Part shown: one piece after another, positions 1-7,931 of the stretch | Layout of the letters: each line of letters begins with the position of its first letter | How positions within the stretch are numbered: the first letter of the stretch is position 1 | IMG/VR virus record: IMGVR_UViG_3300027819_000007 | Span: 19,787-83,786 of that record | Reading direction: 5' to 3' (one strand) | DNA from: a virus | Lineage: Duplodnaviria; Heunggongvirae; Uroviricota; Caudoviricetes | Length of the DNA: 64,000 bases | Made by a program: the position numbers and the translations under genes | The notes under the pieces: model-generated | Databases searched by the model: none | What the model was told of the DNA's origin: nothing | The model's input: the letters and a program-made list of their open reading frames with translations, nothing else

Positions 1-109
1 CACTCTTCCCCACCCCGCTCTTCCCCACCAAGACGGTAAGATGAGGATCAAACTCCACCCTGACATTGGAATGACACTGGAAGAACCGGAGGTGGAGCAA
101 TTCAAACAT
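1..109 (-). CDS. 5' fragment of an SbcC/Rad50 (gp46-like) ATPase, truncated by the window edge
   Basis: Manual translation from ATG at 109: MFELLHLRFFQCHSNVRVEFDPHLTVLVGKSGVGKS. This is a typical SMC-family N-terminus ending in Walker A. Not in the ORF track. Confidence 0.8.
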   Translation of the reverse strand, partial: MFELLHLRFFQCHSNVRVEFDPHLTVLVGKSGVGKS

Positions 110-345
110 TCTCAAGTTTCATTTCCGTTGGAACCAACAATTCATTCTACGATTTCAGTTCTATCATAGATTTCAATTCATTCTTGCTTCACACTTCTTT
201 CTTGTGCAACAATTCATTCAGCTATGCCATTTCCATCACACTCTTCAATTCATTCCGAGGGTACAATTCCATCGTTTACATCAACTCATTCGCATTTTAC
301 ATTTCTTTCGCTGTTAACAACTCATTCCAGTTCTGCATCTCCTTC
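102..345 (-). repeat. TIGR-like array 1 (36-nt period)
   Basis: Plus-strand CAAYTCATTC at 138, 174, 210, 246, 282, 318 (degenerate at 102). Alternating CAnTTYYWTC-like repeats at 120, 156, 192, 228, 264, 300, 336. 8-nt variable spacers. Confidence 0.9.
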
Positions 346-585
346 GTCGTACTCAACTTCACACTGGTCCACCAATCCAATCTCCACCCAACCACACAGG
401 AAGCACGACCACACCGGACCTTGCTCATTCCGAAGGGTATCCTGTTCACAGTTGGGGCAAATATCATTGCCAATACTGTCTTGGAGTCGGGACCACTCCA
501 GATATTCTTTTCCTGTTACTTGCTGGTCCCATTCATCTGGCCCAGGAGGTTGTTGGTCTAAAGTAGAATCACTCATTTGGATCAT
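322..585 (-). CDS. Small Zn-ribbon protein
   Basis: CPNC...CFLC motif with an acidic tail; flanked by arrays 1 and 2. Confidence 0.6.
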   Translation of the reverse strand: MIQMSDSTLDQQPPGPDEWDQQVTGKEYLEWSRLQDSIGNDICPNCEQDTLRNEQGPVWSCFLCGWVEIGLVDQCEVEYDEGDAELE

Positions 586-757
586 TTCCTTCTATGGGAA
601 CAATTCGTTCTTATGGATCACTTCCATCATTCCTGTCAACAATTCATTCACATCACTCAATTCATTCAATCCTATCACTTTCGTCCTACATCACAATTCA
701 TTCGGACTTCGCATTTCCCTCCGCGTCTTCAATTCATTCTGCGAGGTCACTTCCTTC
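583..757 (-). repeat. TIGR-like array 2
   Basis: Repeats at 583(B), 601(A), 619(B), 640(A), 658(A), 676(B), 694(A), 712(B), 730(A), 748(B). Confidence 0.85.
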
Positions 758-1396
758 TTGAACCTCAACTCTAACCTCACCTTGCTCCTCATACCACTTC
801 CTCATGATGTCGGGGCTAGTCCCATCCAAGAAATCCTTCAGTAGGAACCCATCTACCCATTGATCCTTCCCCAACCGCACGGTAAGTGAAGCATTCCCGT
901 CGAAGGGGAAAGTGGCTCCCCTACCAATCAGCTCTGCCGACAACTCTTCGGGAATGAATACCACAGCTTGTCGATGGTCTCGCTTCACAATCAGAATCCA
1001 TGAGAAACTTCCCGACTGCTGCTTGGCTTCCTCCTGCTTCTCAAACCATTCCTCGTAAAGAGTTTGCTTGGGTCTTGGTTTGTCAAGGATGTCAAAGGGG
1101 GTCTTGGAGGAGTAGCCCCTTTTTAACTCGATAGTGACAAACTTGGTAAGGGCAACGGCCTCTTTATCGGTAGCGGTAATATCCCCGTGATGACCTGTAG
1201 TAGCCTTACCCTTCCTTCCTCTTACTCTAGCCCTGGCCCCACTACCCGAACTACGCCACAGAAGGTCGTCCCGTAGTCCTCCAGACCACCATTTGGACAA
1301 GGTGCCACAAATGATTCTCTCAAAAGAGGAACCCTTACGTGGACCTTTACCCTTACCCTTACTCTTACTCTTCTTCTTAACGTCCTGTTTCACCAA
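734..1396 (-). CDS. Holliday junction resolvase-like PD-(D/E)XK nuclease
   Basis: KGSSFER...WRSSGSGA...GDI...IELKRGY motifs, typical of phage Hjc-like resolvases. Confidence 0.75.
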   Translation of the reverse strand: MVKQDVKKKSKSKGKGKGPRKGSSFERIICGTLSKWWSGGLRDDLLWRSSGSGARARVRGRKGKATTGHHGDITATDKEAVALTKFVTIELKRGYSSKTPFDILDKPRPKQTLYEEWFEKQEEAKQQSGSFSWILIVKRDHRQAVVFIPEELSAELIGRGATFPFDGNASLTVRLGKDQWVDGFLLKDFLDGTSPDIMRKWYEEQGEVRVEVQEGSDLAE

Positions 1397-1410
1397 TCAC
1401 TCCTTTGGAT

Positions 1411-1492
1411 TAATTCATTCCTGGTTCACACTTCCCTCACATACATCAATTCATTCACGGGCAACATTTCCATCGGAACAAGCAACTAAAAA
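1411..1492 (-). repeat. TIGR-like array 3 (short)
   Basis: Repeats at 1411(A), 1429(B), 1447(A), 1465(B), 1483(degenerate A); exact 18-nt spacing. Confidence 0.8.
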
Positions 1493-1585
1493 AGTGGGTG
1501 GGTGGAATCGCACCACCTCACGTCCTCTTCCTCTGCAATGAATTCCGAAATAACCCTGTGAACGTGAGCATCCTTGCCACCCACT
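1493..1585 (-). ncRNA. tRNA-like structured RNA (atypical)
   Basis: Minus strand: acceptor-like stem GTGGGTG/CACCCAC, T-arm GGTGG-TGCGATT-CCACC, central helix TCACGT/ACGTGA enclosing about 38 nt. No D-stem and no CCA. Confidence 0.5.
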
Positions 1586-1589
1586 CTTA

Positions 1590-2027
1590 CTATTTACCAT
1601 CCTTCTTAGAAGAGAAGGTCTCAGCCCACACCTGCAAGGCTTCAGCATGAAATTGACAAGTACGTGGGAAGGCTAAGGCTCCCCAAGTCCCGTCCCGTCT
1701 CTTTCGTCTAACTCCCGTATTCCAGCCAACCTTGATTTCGTCAATCTCCTCTCCGAAGTCATTGCTCCGTTGCACACAGAGCCAACAGCATCCAGGAGAG
1801 TCGAACCTTACGGAAGGCTGGGTGTTGGTATTGGGAATGACATGGGCGTCCTGTCGGGTCTCCACCAGAATCTGTTGAATGTAACTGGACTCCCTCACCA
1901 GACGTTGCTGTCGTAGTTCCTTGGTGGAAGTGGACTTGATTTGGTCTCCCAACTCAGCGAGTAACTGCTCGCATCGTTCCCTCATTTGCTGAAGGAACTG
2001 TTGGACTTTCTCACGCATCTCATTCAT
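1590..2027 (-). CDS. Hypothetical protein (N-terminal coiled coil)
   Basis: 145-aa ORF with an AGGA SD, co-directional with the operon. Confidence 0.6.
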   Translation of the reverse strand: MNEMREKVQQFLQQMRERCEQLLAELGDQIKSTSTKELRQQRLVRESSYIQQILVETRQDAHVIPNTNTQPSVRFDSPGCCWLCVQRSNDFGEEIDEIKVGWNTGVRRKRRDGTWGALAFPRTCQFHAEALQVWAETFSSKKDGK

Positions 2028-2048
2028 CGTAGAGGTTTCCTAAAAAGA

Positions 2049-2447
2049 GAACTCATTCAACCTTCACATTTCCATCCTACATCACAATTCATTCCAACGG
2101 GTCACTTCTATCAGGTATTTCACTTCATTCTTAACCTACGGTTCCATCGCGGTACACAATTCATTCAGAAGTAACAATTCCATCTGATGTTTGAACTCAT
2201 TATCATTTGTCATTTCCATCAACGAATTCAACTCCTTCTATAGAGACAATTCCATCATTCTTGACAAGTTGAAAAGGAGAGCAGAAGTTGTTCCCCATCC
2301 TTGCTCCTGCTCTCCCAACCGTTGCAATCCATTTCATTTTCCTCTGTCAGTTCCATCACAATTTACAATTCATTCGCCTTCGTCACTTCCATCAAAATTC
2401 TCAATTCATTCTTGGGAGTCACTTCCATCCAAAACCTCAACACACTT
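2049..2447 (-). repeat. TIGR-like array 4, two sub-arrays (2049-2256 and 2330-2447) split by a hairpin insert; directly downstream of the tas-like gene
   Basis: 12 half-units at exact 18-nt steps from 2049 to 2247, then 7 from 2330 to 2438. Confidence 0.9.
2276..2315 (-). terminator. Hairpin inside array 4 (terminator or processing stem)
   Basis: GGAGAGCAG (2276-2284) pairs with CTGCTCTCC (2307-2315); TTTT follows on the minus strand. The loop is large (22 nt). Confidence 0.45.
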
Positions 2448-3675
2448 TCCCTTCCTTCACCAGATTGAAAAAGGGTGGGCTTATGTAACCCGTGTGACCT
2501 CCGTGAGCCATGATGTAAGGAACCACTTCCGGAAGACCCAACAGATGTCTTCCGACAGTGTGCCAATGCGAAAAGAATATCTTGACAGCGTATCGAATGG
2601 CTCTACGGTCCAACCCCACATCCTGCAACTTGCCACTCTCCCAACATGCTTTCTGCTCAGGGCTAATCTTCGCTCTCCGTTGGAGACATTCCTCCAACAA
2701 CTCCTTGGCGGCAAACCGAAGTTTACCCGTGTTGTTCATCTCCGTCTCCAAGACTTTTCGTTGCTGGTACAGTCGGACGTACAAGCCACCCTCTCCACTA
2801 ATGGAAACCAGGTCATCCTGAATGGACTTCTTCTCCACAGGAATTCTCGTTTCCACCTGCTCGTCCGTCAACACTTTCTTGGAACGGGACTTGATGTAAT
2901 TACGGAAGTCATCGTCAGTCACCAAGGCAAGTCGTTCCTTACCCACGGTGGAACGTTTCCAGCAGCAACCCATTCTGTACCACTGAACTTTGAGGCGAAG
3001 GTTGTAGGGGCGTCTCATACCCTTCTCCCAAATCAGTTCCTTTTTGGGGAGCAGTCCCGCAAACTTGTAGATACGTCCTGCCGTTCTCAGTCCCAAACAA
3101 TCATGAGGAGGAATCTCCTTTCGATCACCACCCTTGAGATGGATCCAATTGGGACAACAACATCTTTGAAGGTCGATGTGAGCCAGGAACGCTGCCGTAC
3201 AGATGGGACCGACTCCCAGATTCATCATAGCCCAACGTCCCAAAGGTTGGGACTTGGCAAACTCCTTGAGACCTCGTTCGGCCTGCCCTTCCACCTTCTC
3301 CAGTTCGTTCTTGAGTGACGTAATGAGAACAGGATCCGACAGAATGTCCACATTCCGTTCGTGAGCACTCTCACGGTTTCTGGCTCCCATTCTCACCTTC
3401 TGAATACTTTCGTACAACCCTACCAATGCCAGGGCTTGTTCCCGTGTATACTGCTGAGCAGACTGGACCACATCACGGGGGAGAGACTTGACAGCAAGGC
3501 TAATCACCTCCGTCACTTCCCCGTTCTCATCCCCCTTACAGGAACCATTCGTGTGGACGGGAGGTTGTTCCTTCTTGGGACGTCCCCTCTTTTTGGCAGG
3601 GGGGACAGCTTCACCATTCCGTTTAGAAATGATAGACTTGGCGATTTCTTTGGCAACTTCGCGGGACTCGGACAT
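2437..3675 (-). CDS. Nop-domain / IS110-C-terminal-like protein, TasA-like (no evident nuclease)
   Basis: GVGPICTAAFLAHID, TAGRIYKFAGLLP, RRPYNLRLK, LYVRLYQQRK and RAIRYAVKIFFSH blocks resemble the Nop/IS110 Tnp fold, preceded by a coiled coil. No DEDD RuvC N-terminus. Flanked by 36-nt dual-repeat arrays. Confidence 0.8.
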   Translation of the reverse strand: MSESREVAKEIAKSIISKRNGEAVPPAKKRGRPKKEQPPVHTNGSCKGDENGEVTEVISLAVKSLPRDVVQSAQQYTREQALALVGLYESIQKVRMGARNRESAHERNVDILSDPVLITSLKNELEKVEGQAERGLKEFAKSQPLGRWAMMNLGVGPICTAAFLAHIDLQRCCCPNWIHLKGGDRKEIPPHDCLGLRTAGRIYKFAGLLPKKELIWEKGMRRPYNLRLKVQWYRMGCCWKRSTVGKERLALVTDDDFRNYIKSRSKKVLTDEQVETRIPVEKKSIQDDLVSISGEGGLYVRLYQQRKVLETEMNNTGKLRFAAKELLEECLQRRAKISPEQKACWESGKLQDVGLDRRAIRYAVKIFFSHWHTVGRHLLGLPEVVPYIMAHGGHTGYISPPFFNLVKEGKVC

Positions 3676-3735
3676 GGGATTCTCCTTGTGTTGGGATTCA
3701 CCGTTCGTCTAAACTACCACTACAGTCAAGTATTA

Positions 3736-3962
3736 GAATTCATTCTTGGTTCGAAATTCATTCTCCACGTACAATTCATTCTCAGCATACGCTTCCTTCA
3801 CACTTCTCAATTCATTCGGACCGTTCATTTCCAACTGGCAGGATCAACTCATTCGTAGGCCACACTTCTATCAGATGATTCAACTCATTCCAAGGAAACA
3901 CTTTTATCGCGTGCTTCAATTCACTCGCAACCCACACTTCCATCAACGACCTCAACTCATCC
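3736..3962 (-). repeat. TIGR-like array 5 (upstream of the tas-like gene)
   Basis: Repeats at 3736, 3754, 3772, 3790, 3808, 3826, 3845, 3863, 3881, 3899, 3917, 3935, 3953. Confidence 0.9.
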
Positions 3963-4466
3963 AACATACTTGAACTCCTCTCCCACCAGTAGATCGATCC
4001 TGGCTTGGTTGTGGATCTGGTGGAAGACTTCCTCACGCAGACTTCCACCCTTTTCTCCCTCTTTGAGTTTGGAAGCCACCAGTCTCATGAAACGCTCCTT
4101 CATGGCATTTCCTTCCTTGAAGGAACGGTAACGGTCAGCTTCCTGGAGAATTTGTTCACGAGTAGCGTCTTTCAAGAATCCTCCCGTCATCATGGGCCAG
4201 TAGAGATAGGTGAAACACTTCTCCACCACCACAGCTTGTTGTTCTTTGGGGAATGTCTTGGGAGTGATTGGCTGGTTGGCAATCTTCACACGGGCTTGAC
4301 GTTGTACTTCTCGAAGGGCTTCCGAAGCAGCCCAATGAAGGGCTTCAGACAAGAGACTTTCATCATCCATGATCAGAGTGAGGAGTTCGGAAGTGGCCTC
4401 CTCGCTGTAACCATCGTAGTTCTTGTAACAGTCCGTAGCCACTTTCATCAACTGCTCGTGAGACAT
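3957..4466 (-). CDS. Hypothetical helical protein, candidate Tas accessory
   Basis: 169-aa ORF between arrays 5 and 6, with a CACAAGGAGA leader. Confidence 0.6.
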   Translation of the reverse strand: MSHEQLMKVATDCYKNYDGYSEEATSELLTLIMDDESLLSEALHWAASEALREVQRQARVKIANQPITPKTFPKEQQAVVVEKCFTYLYWPMMTGGFLKDATREQILQEADRYRSFKEGNAMKERFMRLVASKLKEGEKGGSLREEVFHQIHNQARIDLLVGEEFKYVG

Positions 4467-4513
4467 GTGGTTCTCCTTGTGTTAAGTTTTGTTCACCCAG
4501 AACAGTATTACAT

Positions 4514-4631
4514 CAATTCATTCCAAAGAGTCACTTCCATCTCATGCATCAATTCATTCGTCTCCGTCAATTCTCTCATACCAGACAATTCATTCAGTCT
4601 TTTCACTTCCATCTCCATCGTCAACTCAACA
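4514..4631 (-). repeat. TIGR-like array 6
   Basis: Repeats at 4514, 4532, 4550, 4568, 4586, 4604, 4622. Confidence 0.85.
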
Positions 4632-5135
4632 CGAACACCCAAAAGGTACACTCTCTTTATCCTCAGAAGAGGCTTTGTGTCCTGTTACCAGTTCCCAACA
4701 TTCCCAGAACTTTTCTAAATTCACCTGATCCCCTTCTCTCTCATCTCGATAAGAAGAAAACAAATCCCTTGCTCGCTCCGATCCATGCTGAGTTAACCCA
4801 TACCCCTCTTTGATTACATGCCACCCTGCCTCGATCACCATTTCATAGGTGATGGGTTCCCACCGTTCTTCTCCTTCGTGATAGGTTCCTCCTTCATCAT
4901 AATAGTCTGTTCCATATCCCTCCACGCAGGTATCTCCACACCGAGAAGCAAACTCACGGAGCCAGTCCTCTGCTTCCTGCTTTTCCTTTGTCCATTTTCT
5001 TTGTGTGAGAGCCTCATCGTCTAGCCCACGTTCTTCCAGCCAATCCGAGTAGACCAAACGAAGTTCCCCATCATAACGATTGTCCTTAATCGCATCCAGA
5101 AACTTTTGTTTATCTTTCTCTTGATCGTGGTTCAT
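4626..5135 (-). CDS. TIGR02996-like domain protein
   Basis: FLDAIKDNRYDGELRLVYSDWLEERG; paralog of 5149-5577. Confidence 0.7.
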   Translation of the reverse strand: MNHDQEKDKQKFLDAIKDNRYDGELRLVYSDWLEERGLDDEALTQRKWTKEKQEAEDWLREFASRCGDTCVEGYGTDYYDEGGTYHEGEERWEPITYEMVIEAGWHVIKEGYGLTQHGSERARDLFSSYRDEREGDQVNLEKFWECWELVTGHKASSEDKESVPFGCSC

Positions 5136-5148
5136 AGTAACTTCTCAC

Positions 5149-5577
5149 TTAAATACAACACCCGAAAGGACTCTCCCGGTCCTCAACCTCACATCCTTCC
5201 AGAATGCTATAACATTGCCACAATTTCTCACGGAGGGGAGGATCATTAAATAAAGCATTGTCGGGACCAAACCCCATTCCCCGAAGACAAAACAACCTTC
5301 CATCTTTCTGATATTGACGGAGAGCATCCATGAGTTCGTCCACCGTAACATAACCTGTTCCATAAAAATCCCTATCTTCACTCACCACTACCCTGGCAAA
5401 GTTCTCCATCCAGTCAAAAGCTTCTTGCCATTCTTTACTCCATTTACGATGGAAGGCAGAGAGACTGTCCTGTCCCTGCTCCTCCAGGAAGTCGGCATAG
5501 ACACGATGAAGACATTCATCGTACCGATCTTCCTGGATGGCTTTCTCAAACTGTTTTTGGTCTTCCTCTTTACTCAT
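5149..5577 (-). CDS. TIGR02996-like domain protein
   Basis: FEKAIQEDRYDECLHRVYADFLEEQG; ends in PFGCC, like the neighbour's PFGCSC. Confidence 0.7.
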   Translation of the reverse strand: MSKEEDQKQFEKAIQEDRYDECLHRVYADFLEEQGQDSLSAFHRKWSKEWQEAFDWMENFARVVVSEDRDFYGTGYVTVDELMDALRQYQKDGRLFCLRGMGFGPDNALFNDPPLREKLWQCYSILEGCEVEDRESPFGCCI

Positions 5578-5891
5578 TTTGGATCACTTACAGGAACTTT
5601 AGCTTTGAATGCAGGATGCTGCCAAACGTGTCTTAGGTTAGTAACTGTATTTGGATACAGAAAAAGCCAAACCCTGGTTCCCTTTTCAGCCAAATCCTCC
5701 AAAAAGGGATCCACCACTCCAATCATGTCATTGGTATATTGTGTAGCCTCTCCATTCTCATTAAGTCCCACATGCTGTCCAGGACGTAAATGATAGTCGG
5801 CTACTAACACTGGAGCACATGCTATATGCACGGCATCTCTTCTGGCATCATGTTCTGGATGTTCTCCCAAGTTAGGGCGGTACTGCTCCAT
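5574..5891 (-). CDS. Hypothetical protein
   Basis: 105-aa ORF with a CAACACAAGGAGA leader. Confidence 0.6.
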   Translation of the reverse strand: MEQYRPNLGEHPEHDARRDAVHIACAPVLVADYHLRPGQHVGLNENGEATQYTNDMIGVVDPFLEDLAEKGTRVWLFLYPNTVTNLRHVWQHPAFKAKVPVSDPK

Positions 5892-5908
5892 TGGTTCTCC
5901 TTGTGTTG

Positions 5909-6134
5909 AAATTCATTCATGCAGGTCACTTCACTATGATCTCGCAATTCATTCTAAAGAAACACTTCCATCCCTATCATCAATCCACTCATCTTCAACA
6001 TTTCCCTCGTGCCACTCAACTCATTCGGCAACTTCACTTCTATCGCAGTAAACAATTCATTCGTAATGAACACTTATTTCTACCAGTTCAATTCATTCAC
6101 TTTCTACATTTCCATCGAGGGACACAACTAATAC
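5909..6134 (-). repeat. TIGR-like array 7
   Basis: 13 half-units at exact 18-nt steps from 5909 to 6125. Confidence 0.9.
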
Positions 6135-7315
6135 CTGCACTTCCGGTCTACCACACACGCTTCTTCGATTTCATTCCAAGTGGTGGCTACCAATTCTCGT
6201 AATATCCATTCAGTATTCCCCTCCTCGATCTTACCTACCAAGTTCTCTAACGTGCCGTTGTGGTCGAACTCCGGAGCATGAATCTTACTCCCATCCTTCT
6301 TCCAGTATTTGACATCGAGGAGATATTGGATGTTGCCACCAATGTCATCGATGCCAAACTTACGGTAAAAGGTGAGGGGGACATCTCCTACCCAACCCGT
6401 GAAGTGGTTCTTCACTACCTTGGCATTAAGGTTGGCTCCAATTTGGTAGTCCTGTCCCTTGACCGTTTTCTTGATCTTGCCACACACAGACATCCAGAAC
6501 TCAAGGCGTGAGTAAAACTTCAGTGCTCTTCCCCCACTCCGCGTCTTGGGATTGAACTTGGCTCCGAACCCTATGCTGTCCCGTGTTTGACTAATGGTCA
6601 CGAGGATGGACTTGGTCTCGTCCAGCAGGTTGCTAACTACTCTGATCTTGGAGGAGTTGAGCTTAGCTTTGGCCGTACCGTAAGAACCTGTGGACTCCTT
6701 ACCCTTCTCCCGTGCTGCTCGTTCCTCTTCCATCTTGTCTTCGTCTGCTTCTGGAATGAGAGAGTCCATACTGTCCAGGATGTAGACACACGACTTCTTC
6801 TTGAGTCTATCCTCAATGTATTCATAAAAGGATTCCAAGGATGAGGAGGAGGGGTCTTGTCCTTCCTCTCCAAGCAACTCAATCCTGTCCTCCAAACAAG
6901 AAAAGTAAGGGAGACATCCCGAAATGTTCCCATGCTCCACATTGTCATAAATAAGGTCATAGTCATCAAAGAACTTGTTCCGACACGCTTCGGCCAAGAA
7001 GGAGAGACAGCACCACGACTTGCCACTATCACTATCTCCTACCATGAGGACATACTTCCCTACAGGAAAGCCTACCTCCGGTCGTCCACTACAGGCTAGG
7101 TTCAGTAGGGTACTCCCCGTGGAAAGTCCCGGTCCTGTTACCAAGTCCTTTTTCTTCACCCCCAACTCTTTCACTTCCCGCTTCAAGGCTTCAAAGGCTT
7201 CACTCACAATCAATCCTCGAAAGAAAACCGGGGAGGAGCTTCCCCACCAGAGGTCACCCGCTCCCCGGCCACAAAGAGATTCAAAAAACTCCTGGCTGGT
7301 GTCTTCCATTACCAT
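6128..7315 (-). CDS. recA: RecA/UvsX-like recombinase
   Basis: LSTGSTLLNLA, GDSDSGKS Walker A, YILDSMDSL Walker B, GGRALKFYS. Confidence 0.9.
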   Translation of the reverse strand: MVMEDTSQEFFESLCGRGAGDLWWGSSSPVFFRGLIVSEAFEALKREVKELGVKKKDLVTGPGLSTGSTLLNLACSGRPEVGFPVGKYVLMVGDSDSGKSWCCLSFLAEACRNKFFDDYDLIYDNVEHGNISGCLPYFSCLEDRIELLGEEGQDPSSSSLESFYEYIEDRLKKKSCVYILDSMDSLIPEADEDKMEEERAAREKGKESTGSYGTAKAKLNSSKIRVVSNLLDETKSILVTISQTRDSIGFGAKFNPKTRSGGRALKFYSRLEFWMSVCGKIKKTVKGQDYQIGANLNAKVVKNHFTGWVGDVPLTFYRKFGIDDIGGNIQYLLDVKYWKKDGSKIHAPEFDHNGTLENLVGKIEEGNTEWILRELVATTWNEIEEACVVDRKCRY

Positions 7316-7364
7316 AGGAATAAGACTCCTTCATCCTTCCAGCCAGGAGCTATTCCAGCTAGGG

Positions 7365-7931
7365 TCAGGCAATCAACTTCCTTGCCCCGTCCTTGATGTC
7401 TCGAATCCTGGCCTTGAGGGTTTTGTTCTCCTCACGCAAAGCGGAGTTCTCCTGCTCCAGTCTCTCAATCTTTTGGATATCGGTCTCAATCCGATTGAGG
7501 ACTCGTTCGTAAGTCCTCTTCTGGGTATTGGGAGAGAACTGCTCAAACTCCGCCACGGTAGGGAGTTCGGCAACCTTCCTGGGAGTGGAATCCTTCTTCT
7601 TGGTTCCCTTGGTCTTCTGACTGTACTCAACCCACATCCGGGAAGGATTGAACTTGTGCCGTTGCCAGTCCTCCAACTTGGGAAAGTGATGAAGGAGTTC
7701 CAGGAGGTTGGTTAAAGAAACCAACCCACACAGGTCTCCAAAGCATTCCACCTCCAGTCGGTCTAAGGCTCGGTTCTCGTCACCCCCACCTCCAGCAGGG
7801 GATTCCACCCAGTCCTTGTCTTTGAGGAGGTTAGCGGCCAACTTCACTCGTTGATAGTGCTTCTCCCCTGCTTCGTTGCGAAGGGAAATCAATTCTGCAA
7901 ACATCTCAGTCCCGGTTGCTTTCTCACTCAT
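7365..7931 (-). CDS. Hypothetical protein with C-terminal coiled coil
   Basis: 188-aa ORF with heptads at the C-terminus. Confidence 0.6.
   Translation of the reverse strand: MSEKATGTEMFAELISLRNEAGEKHYQRVKLAANLLKDKDWVESPAGGGGDENRALDRLEVECFGDLCGLVSLTNLLELLHHFPKLEDWQRHKFNPSRMWVEYSQKTKGTKKKDSTPRKVAELPTVAEFEQFSPNTQKRTYERVLNRIETDIQKIERLEQENSALREENKTLKARIRDIKDGARKLIA

Noticed and set aside
2624-2638. Apparent self-target of array 7 spacers (GCAACTT/TGCCACT) inside the tas gene
   Set aside because: The two matches overlap, are on the same strand and are imperfect, so chance is likely. A systematic search is needed.
2437-3675. Active IS110 transposase / insertion sequence
   Set aside because: No N-terminal DEDD RuvC domain, no catalytic-Ser motif and no IS ends. 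The flanks are dual-repeat arrays instead.
102-6134. CRISPR array interpretation of the periodic repeats
   Set aside because: Repeats are only ~10 nt, come in two alternating types with 8-nt spacers, and no cas genes are present. This does not fit CRISPR geometry.
102-6134. Arrays as 12-aa protein repeats (NEL/MEV on minus; NSF/IHS ORFs on plus, e.g. 184-561, 224-844, 5891-6202)
   Set aside because: The minus NEL frame has stops in several units (e.g. TAA and TAG in array 1). The plus ORFs are antisense to the operon, lack RBSs and probably reflect the C/T-rich repeats.
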